From Nitrospinota bacterium (GTDB taxonomy: Bacteria > Nitrospinota_A > UBA7883 > JACRGQ01), in contig JAOUMJ010000002.1 of the NCBI GenBank assembly GCA_029881495.1, forward strand, positions 2,087 through 66,086: a stretch of DNA of 64,000 bases, in the 5' to 3' direction. Position 1 is the first letter of the stretch. Each line of letters opens with the position of its first letter. The translations under genes were made by a program, and so were the position numbers. Below the pieces are notes generated by a model. That model saw only the letters and a program-made list of their open reading frames with translations. It had not been told where the DNA came from and did not search any database. This document shows positions 57,773 to 64,000 of the stretch, one piece after another.

Positions 57773-58141
57773 TTAGAGCGTGCCCGCGTTCTGGCGGGTA
57801 ATTTCCATAGGATCGATAACGTCGGTAACGCGAATGCCGAACCGTTCATTGACCACGACAACCTCGCCTCGGGCTATCAGGAGCCCGTTAATGAATATTT
57901 CCATAGGTTCGCCTACGAGCTTGTCCAGCTCCAGCACGGCGCCGTCGTTCAGTTTCAGGACTTCGCGGATGGTGATGCTCGCCCTGCCGAGCTCGGCATT
58001 GACTACCAGCGGTATATCAAGGTATTGGGCAAGGTCGTCCTTGATCTTGGTAAGGGCTATTTTTTCTTCATCGGTTTTTTCGACAATTTGCAACGTTTCC
58101 GCGTCGGCATCATCGTCCATTATGTCTTTTTCTTTGCCCAT
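57773..58141 (-). CDS. fliN: Flagellar motor switch protein FliN
   Basis: LDIPL.V.AELGR, G.VLELDKL.GEP, GEVVVVNERFGIRVT. Confidence 0.93.
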   Translation of the reverse strand: MGKEKDIMDDDADAETLQIVEKTDEEKIALTKIKDDLAQYLDIPLVVNAELGRASITIREVLKLNDGAVLELDKLVGEPMEIFINGLLIARGEVVVVNERFGIRVTDVIDPMEITRQNAGTL

Positions 58142-58142
58142 C

Positions 58143-58559
58143 TTATCCTTTCTTTACTTCTTCAACATATCTCATTCGAAGTTCATAAAGGGACGTATCA
58201 AGGAGCTGTTTTTCTTCATCGGTAAGGTTGCCCTTTGTTTTCTCCTGTATTATAGCCAAAATATCGATCGATTGTTTTGCATGGTCGAGGTTTTTTGGGA
58301 TATGGCCTGAAACCGGGTCCTGATACCCTCCGAGGTTCATGGCCGCGGAAGAGCTGAGTGATATGATGAAAGTGGAAAAATCTATCGGAGGGAAACTCCT
58401 CTTTGAGCGTTCCTTCTCCCCCTTATCGGCGTTTTTCGCCGCTCCCTCCTTCTTTACTTCCGAAGAACCGGCGGTTTCACGGGAAGCATCTGAGTCAGGT
58501 TCCGAAGAGCCTCTCTTGTCCTTGATAACAAAAGACTTTTTCTCTTCTTCGCTGACCAT
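58143..58559 (-). CDS. DUF1844 protein
   Basis: IDFSTFIISL, DPVSG...NL..AKQSIDIL.IIQEKTKGNL..EE..LL...LYELRMRYV. Confidence 0.88.
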   Translation of the reverse strand: MVSEEEKKSFVIKDKRGSSEPDSDASRETAGSSEVKKEGAAKNADKGEKERSKRSFPPIDFSTFIISLSSSAAMNLGGYQDPVSGHIPKNLDHAKQSIDILAIIQEKTKGNLTDEEKQLLDTSLYELRMRYVEEVKKG

Positions 58560-58564
58560 GATCT

Positions 58565-58804
58565 TTATCCGTCCAGATGTCCTTTGGAGAGGGTAATTGT
58601 CTTGATCTCTTCCAGTTTCTTAACCTGGATTTTCTGCTCGACGATTTCCTTGAGAGCTATGTCGAACAGCGAGAGGCCATCGGGATCTACCATCGGCTCA
58701 ACACCCCCCTGAAGCTGTCGGATCCTCATAGACATTGCGTTTACAAGGAGGTAATGCTCCGGGATGACTTCTAGCGCTTTTCCATATAATTTCAGATCAA
58801 ACAT
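58565..58804 (-). CDS. rpoZ: RNA polymerase omega subunit
   Basis: ALE.IP..YLLVN..S.RIRQL..G..P.V...IALKEI pattern. Confidence 0.8.
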   Translation of the reverse strand: MFDLKLYGKALEVIPEHYLLVNAMSMRIRQLQGGVEPMVDPDGLSLFDIALKEIVEQKIQVKKLEEIKTITLSKGHLDG

Positions 58805-58831
58805 TTGATTTTGGTTCCTTCTCTTTTCCGG

Positions 58832-59230
58832 TTACTCGTTTGCGCCGAACTTGTAGGTTTCGTTTGCGCCTGTGTCGTCTTCTTCCTTCTTTTCAAATTC
58901 TTCCTGGCAATCGATGCAGAATTTCACGAAGGGTCTTGCCGCCAATCGTTTAATCTCTATCTGCTCCTCGCAGTTCTCGCAGACGCCATAGATGCCGCCA
59001 TGCAGTTTTTCAAGGGCTTCGTTGATAAGCTGGAGTTCCTGGTTGATCCGGTGCCTAAGCGTCATTGACATTTCGAGCTCCGTTGCATGTTCGGCTACGT
59101 CAAGCTCGTCTCCGTGTGGAGCTTCTATCTGCGTAATTCTGTCGTCCGCATGGTTGGATTCAAGGGCTATCAGCTCTTTTTTCCTGTCTTGCAACTGCCC
59201 AAGAAGCTCTTTGTATTCTTTACTTAACAT
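58832..59230 (-). CDS. dksA: DksA/TraR C4-zinc-finger protein
   Basis: DELDVA tip, YGVCENC.E.I..KRL.ARP....CIDCQ. Confidence 0.88.
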   Translation of the reverse strand: MLSKEYKELLGQLQDRKKELIALESNHADDRITQIEAPHGDELDVAEHATELEMSMTLRHRINQELQLINEALEKLHGGIYGVCENCEEQIEIKRLAARPFVKFCIDCQEEFEKKEEDDTGANETYKFGANE

Positions 59231-59567
59231 CCAACGAATTCCCTATATTAAATTTATTGGTATTTTATTTCGCATAAACTGAACGTCATTAGATACCATA
59301 CAAAACAGCGTTTAGCAATAACAATAAACAAATAACCATCTTCTGCCTAAGCGCCATTAAAAACAATAAGTTGCGCTCAAGGCCGGTCCTTTTGCCGAAA
59401 AGGGCCGAATAGATATCATTTATTTATCGGTCATTTGACCTATTTGATGAATAGCGCGGTATCTAAAGAGAAATTGAAACTTATTTGTATTTTGTGCCTC
59501 TAAAGGGGGTGTGGAAAAGGGTGAAGCATGGTAAAATTCGTTTGTTTTTGCAAGGGATAACATATTT

Positions 59568-59795
59568 TTGAAGAGGAAGAAGATGCTTGTAAACGTTTCT
59601 TGGGGTATTCTGGCGCTGTTTGCCGTTGTAATGACATTCGCACCGCTTGGGTATACGCCTCACCTGGTTGAAAAGTGGCAGATGTTCAAGGAAGGGACAT
59701 TGAAAAAGCCGATCGATATCTTTGACGTCTTTTTTCATCTCTCCCCCTATTTTCTTATGGCGATAAAGGCATACGAGGAGTTTTTCAAGGAGTAA
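59568..59795 (+). CDS. Small membrane protein (PHLVEK...IDIFD..FH family)
   Basis: Hydrophobic helices; motif APLG..PHLVEK..MF..GTL..PIDIFD, recalled from a conserved uncharacterised family. Confidence 0.7.
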   Translation: MKRKKMLVNVSWGILALFAVVMTFAPLGYTPHLVEKWQMFKEGTLKKPIDIFDVFFHLSPYFLMAIKAYEEFFKE

Positions 59796-59905
59796 CCGCC
59801 GCCTACCGCTCTATCTTTTTTTGCCACTCCTCCATTCACGATTATTTCCCGTAATCACCGCGTATTGTTTAAAATAGTCCGGATTTCGTTAATCGATGAT
59901 CAAGA

Positions 59906-60520
59906 ATGGAGGGGGACATTAAGGGCAAATTTATCGTGCTTGAAGGGCTGGACGGCTCCGGTAAAAGCACACAGGCGAAAAGGCTTGTCGAGAGGCTCAA
60001 TCTCTCCGGGATAAAAGCGGTCTCGCTCAGGGAGCCAACGGATGGACAATGGGGGAGGAAGATAAGGGAGATAGCCGCAAAAGGGCGCGAAGGTATCACC
60101 CCTGAAGAGGAACTGAGCTACTTTGTGAACGACCGGCGCGAGGATGTGGAGAAGAACATCATCCCGGCGTTAAACGATGGCATGGTGGTGGTGATGGACA
60201 GGTATATCTATTCAAACATGGCGTACCAGGGGGCGCTCGGGATAGACGTAGACCATATAGCAGAGATTAACAGAGAATTTCCGAGGCCGGACCTGGTGAT
60301 CTTTCTTGATTTCAAGCCTGGAGAAGGGCTTGGCAGGGTAGAGATGAGGGGAGCCGCGAACGCGGGCTTTGAAAAGAGGGAGTTTCTGGAAAAGGTCTAC
60401 GAAACATATCAGCTTCCGCAGTTTGAAATTATGTCGAGGATCAGTGCGAAGGGGAGCGTCGAAGAGGTCGGCGAGAGGATATGGGGAGTTGTTGCGCCGT
60501 ATCTGGAGGATTTTCAGTGA
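59906..60520 (+). CDS. tmk: Thymidylate kinase
   Basis: FIVLEGLDGSGKSTQ, REP, MDRY..S..AYQG, PDLVIFLD. Confidence 0.95.
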   Translation: MEGDIKGKFIVLEGLDGSGKSTQAKRLVERLNLSGIKAVSLREPTDGQWGRKIREIAAKGREGITPEEELSYFVNDRREDVEKNIIPALNDGMVVVMDRYIYSNMAYQGALGIDVDHIAEINREFPRPDLVIFLDFKPGEGLGRVEMRGAANAGFEKREFLEKVYETYQLPQFEIMSRISAKGSVEEVGERIWGVVAPYLEDFQ

Positions 60521-60972
60521 AGGACGATGACGAATTCAGGACTATCTACGAGCTGAATCCGAGCCAGATACGGGATCTGGAGCTGTTATACAGGAAAGAG
60601 TGGTGGGCCAGTACGAGGGAGTTCAAGGATATAAAAACCATGCTTGAGAACAGCGATCTGGTGATCGGGATATTGGAATCCGCAACCGGGAAGTTGGTAG
60701 CATTTACCCGCGTTCTCTCCGATTTCGTATACAAGGGGCTGATACTGGATGTGATCGTGGCGCACGATTACCGGCAAAAAAAGCTGGGACGGAGGCTGAT
60801 GGATACGATCCTGAATCATCCTAAGCTGAAAGCGGTACACCGTTTCGAACTCTACTGCCTCCCGGAGATGGCTCCGTTCTATGAGAAGTGGGGTTTCGTG
60901 GAGACGAAAAAGGTTTTATTCATGGTCAGGGAATCGGTTAAGCCGGGGGAAAAAATAGACGAACTCGCATAG
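60517..60972 (+). CDS. GNAT-family N-acetyltransferase
   Basis: LVAFTRVLSD, DVIV..DYRQKKLG, FYEKWGF; GTG overlaps the tmk stop; GGAGG RBS. Confidence 0.88.
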   Translation: MKDDDEFRTIYELNPSQIRDLELLYRKEWWASTREFKDIKTMLENSDLVIGILESATGKLVAFTRVLSDFVYKGLILDVIVAHDYRQKKLGRRLMDTILNHPKLKAVHRFELYCLPEMAPFYEKWGFVETKKVLFMVRESVKPGEKIDELA

Positions 60973-60997
60973 CGCGATGGAACGGATTTTTTTTTTA

Positions 60998-63376
60998 CTA
61001 CTCTTGCTGGTCGCTGTCCGAACCGGCTGAGGCGAGGGATTCTTCCTTCTCTCCGTCATCGCCGGCATTCACCTTCGATTCATCGATGTGCTTCTGCCGG
61101 GTGAAATCGCACTCCTTGTTGGGGCACTTCAGCTTGATCGTGTTGTTGTCTATCTTCCTCGCGAATACGAGATACTTGCTGCCGCAGACTTCGCATGGGA
61201 GATCGAAAGGTTTTTCCCAGCTTGTGAAATCGCAATCGGGATATTTGGTGCATCCGTAGAAGCTTCTCCCTTTCTTGGATTTTCTCTCCGCGATCTCGCC
61301 GATACATCCGTCCTTGGGGCATTTGATGCCGAGAGTGAACGGTTTTGTGGTTTTGCATTCGGGATAGTTCGAGCATGCGATGAATTTTCCGAATTTTCCA
61401 GACTTGATGAGAAACTCGCCGTCTCCGCAGACATGGCATTTTTCGCCTGTCTTGACAGGTTCCGCGGCCCCTTTCCCTATCTGCCTGGTGCTCTTGCACT
61501 CCGGGTATCCGGTACAGGCGAGGAACTGGCCGAAGCGACCGTATTTAATCTCCATCTCCTTGCCGCACTTATCGCACTTCTCTTCGTACTCGGTCCCTAT
61601 CTTGTAGTTCTTCATCTCCTTGCCCGCCTTTTCGAGCGCGGAAACAAAAGGCGTGTAGTATTCGTTCATCAGGGATACCCAGTCTTTCCTTCCGCCTTCA
61701 ACCTCGTCGAGGTTCTCCTCCATCTGCGCCGTGAAACCTATGTCCATGATGGCAGGGAAGTGGAGCACAAGCGCCTCCGTGATCAGCTTTCCGAGTTCCG
61801 TAGGCCAAAGCCTCCTCTCCTCAAGCTCCGCGTAGTCGCGGTCGATTATCGTCGACATGATTGAGGCATATGTGCTCGGACGCCCGATACCCTTATCCTC
61901 AAGCTCCTTGATAAGAGTTGCCTCGCTGTACCTCGGCGGAGGCTGTGTGAAGTGCTGGTTAGGTGTTATCTCGTTTAGCGCGAGCCTCTCCCCCTCCTCA
62001 AGGTTCGGGATAACGCTCTCATCATCCTTGTCCGTCTTGTCGTCATCCTTGTAGACTTTCAGGTAACCCTCAAACTTCACGTTCGAACCGGAGGCGCGCA
62101 ACAGATGACGTCCCGCGTTGATATCCACCGAGAGGGTGTTGATGATCGCCGGGCTCATCTGGCTGGCGACAAACCTTTTCCAGATAAGATCGTAGACCTT
62201 GTACTCTTCCGGCTGGAGCATATCTTTCAGCGACGCCGGCGTCCTGAGTACCGATGTCGGCCTTATGGCTTCGTGCCCCTCTTGCGCAGATTTCTTTACC
62301 TTGAAGGTGTTTGGCGCTTCAGGAAGAAAATCCTTCCCCATTGTTTCAGTGATGTATCCTCGAACCTCTTCAAGCGCTTCCGTTGCCGTCCTGGTTGAGT
62401 CCGTTCTCATATAGGTGATAAGACCGACCCTTTCGTCGTGCCCGATGTCTTCGCCTTCATATAGCCTTTGAGCAAGCCTCATGGTCCTTGAGGCGGAGTA
62501 TCTGAATCTTTGGGATGCCGCCTGCTGGAGTGTGCTGGTGATAAACGGAGCAGGAGCGTTTCGCTTTTTATCCTTGACGGTCAGCGTCGTAACGGCAAGA
62601 GCTTCTTTTTTTATTTCGTCGACTGTCTTCTGCGCGTCCGCGCCGTTATCGAGTTCGAATTTTTTACCGTCGGTGTGGAAGAGCTTTGCATCGAACTCAT
62701 CCTTTCCGTTCGGTTTCAGTTTGCATGTGACGGTCCAGTACTCTCTCGGTACGAAAGCCGTAATTTCGTTCTCCCTGTCTACAAGCACCCGGAGGGCCAC
62801 CGACTGCACGCGCCCCGCGGATAGACCTCTCCGCACCTTTTCCCAGAGAAGGGGGCTGAGTTTGTATCCCACTATTCTGTCAAGGGCGCGCCTTGCCTGC
62901 TGGGCCTGTACGCGGTTTACGTCGATCGTGAGCGGGTGCTCTATCGCTTCGGTGATAGCCTTCTTTGTTATCTCGTTGAACTGTATCCTGTAGATCTGTC
63001 CCTTTGTGTCTATTACGTCGTTGATGTGCTGGGCGATCGCCTCCCCTTCGCGATCAGGGTCAGGGGCAAGGTAGATGTTGTCCGCACCTTTTGCCGCCGC
63101 TTTCAGCTCCTTTATTACAGAAGCCTTCCCTTTAATGGTTACAAGCTGAAGGGCGAATCCGTTCTCAACGTCGATCCCCAGCTTGCTTTTCGGCAGATCG
63201 CGTATGTGACCGATGCTTGCCTTTACGTCGAAACCTCGCCCAAGGTATTTGCGTATTGTATTCGCCTTGGCTGGAGACTCTACGATAACGAGGTTCTTAA
63301 CCTGTTTCCTTGAGGCGCTCTTTGCGCTTTTTTTCGCTGAGGTTGTCTTTTTTGCTTTCTTCTTCGCTTCTGCCAT
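60998..63376 (-). CDS. topA: DNA topoisomerase I
   Basis: IVESPAK, DPDREGE, SAGRVQS, ITYMRTDS, GIGRPST, C-terminal zinc ribbons. Confidence 0.97.
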   Translation of the reverse strand: MAEAKKKAKKTTSAKKSAKSASRKQVKNLVIVESPAKANTIRKYLGRGFDVKASIGHIRDLPKSKLGIDVENGFALQLVTIKGKASVIKELKAAAKGADNIYLAPDPDREGEAIAQHINDVIDTKGQIYRIQFNEITKKAITEAIEHPLTIDVNRVQAQQARRALDRIVGYKLSPLLWEKVRRGLSAGRVQSVALRVLVDRENEITAFVPREYWTVTCKLKPNGKDEFDAKLFHTDGKKFELDNGADAQKTVDEIKKEALAVTTLTVKDKKRNAPAPFITSTLQQAASQRFRYSASRTMRLAQRLYEGEDIGHDERVGLITYMRTDSTRTATEALEEVRGYITETMGKDFLPEAPNTFKVKKSAQEGHEAIRPTSVLRTPASLKDMLQPEEYKVYDLIWKRFVASQMSPAIINTLSVDINAGRHLLRASGSNVKFEGYLKVYKDDDKTDKDDESVIPNLEEGERLALNEITPNQHFTQPPPRYSEATLIKELEDKGIGRPSTYASIMSTIIDRDYAELEERRLWPTELGKLITEALVLHFPAIMDIGFTAQMEENLDEVEGGRKDWVSLMNEYYTPFVSALEKAGKEMKNYKIGTEYEEKCDKCGKEMEIKYGRFGQFLACTGYPECKSTRQIGKGAAEPVKTGEKCHVCGDGEFLIKSGKFGKFIACSNYPECKTTKPFTLGIKCPKDGCIGEIAERKSKKGRSFYGCTKYPDCDFTSWEKPFDLPCEVCGSKYLVFARKIDNNTIKLKCPNKECDFTRQKHIDESKVNAGDDGEKEESLASAGSDSDQQE

Positions 63377-63425
63377 CAGGGAACTCTAGACAAAATGTTT
63401 CGGGTTAGTCAAGTCTTGATAAAAA

Positions 63426-64000
63426 TTATCTGTTTTTTAATTGCGGGAAGAGTATTACTTCGCGGATGGTATCGTGACCCGTCAGGAGCATCGCGAGGCG
63501 GTCAATCCCTATCCCTTCGCCTGCCGTAGGGGGCATTCCATACTCCAGCGCGGTGACGAAATCTTCGTCCATTCCATGCGCTTCGTCGTCGCCGGAATCT
63601 TTCATCTTCACCTGCTCTTCGAACCGCGCGAACTGGTCGTCGGGGTCGTTAAGCTCAGTATAGGCATTCGCTATCTCTTTCGCGCCGATGAACAGCTCGA
63701 ACCTCTCCACTATCTCGGGATTATCAGCTCTTTTCTGGCTGAGCGGAGAGAGTGAAAGAGGGTAGTCGTATATGAATGTCGGCTGTATCAATTTCGGCTC
63801 AACGCAGAAATCAAAAAGTTTTTCGAGGACTTTCGCGCCACGTTCCGTCTTTTCCGTCTTAACGCCATGCTCATGGAGCCACTTTTTTGCCTTCTCTATG
63901 TCCTTTACGATATCTTCCGGCACTCCGCCTACCTCGACAAGGGATTGAAAGAAGGTGTAGCGTTTATACTTCCCGCCCATTTCGATCTCGTTTCCGCCCC
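63426..64000 (-). CDS. lysS: Lysyl-tRNA synthetase (class II), 5'-truncated by window edge
   Basis: ERFELF, EIANAYTELNDP, LEYGMPPTAG.GIGIDRL, IREVILFP. Confidence 0.95.
   Translation of the reverse strand, partial: GGNEIEMGGKYKRYTFFQSLVEVGGVPEDIVKDIEKAKKWLHEHGVKTEKTERGAKVLEKLFDFCVEPKLIQPTFIYDYPLSLSPLSQKRADNPEIVERFELFIGAKEIANAYTELNDPDDQFARFEEQVKMKDSGDDEAHGMDEDFVTALEYGMPPTAGEGIGIDRLAMLLTGHDTIREVILFPQLKNR

Noticed and set aside
59378..59410. Possible sigma28 promoter (TCAAG...GCCGAAAA)
   Set aside because: Spacing is too short, and the segment is better explained as a GGTCCTTTT/AAAAGGGCC hairpin.

Overview
A gene-dense, mostly housekeeping 64-kb window from a flagellated, diderm bacterium. Gene content and order (bamD, waaA, coaBC-udg-PBP1A-nif3-zinc-ribbon next to rnpB, CIRCE-groESL, dksA-rpoZ-DUF1844-fliN) resemble Nitrospinota/Nitrospirota/Desulfobacterota-type genomes; this taxonomy is inference only. 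Core genes include trkH/trkA, xerD, ddl, ridA, glgP, gatCA, greA, recN, nadK, waaA, PBP1A, coaBC, groES/EL, tmk, topA, a partial lysS and the RNase P RNA. I saw no tRNA, rRNA, CRISPR array, transposase or phage genes. The most notable items are: (1) a 1589-aa protein with an N-terminal zinc ribbon, about two dozen FliM/CheZ-like 'QDDIDxLF' motifs (partly in 96-bp and 90-bp tandem repeats), one TM helix and a FliL-like C-terminus; (2) a 3.4-kb integrase-free cassette encoding a surface lipoprotein, bounded by a 157-bp direct repeat of the glgP 3' end; (3) a HEAT-STAS-CheR-CheY-ODP chemosensory-like operon with no receptor or kinase, preceded by a mini-protein with a FliF-C-like motif; (4) a candidate sigma54-driven structured ncRNA; (5) small ORFs too short for the ORF track, each joined to the next gene by an ATGA overlap. 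All family calls come from visual motif recognition, not database searches.
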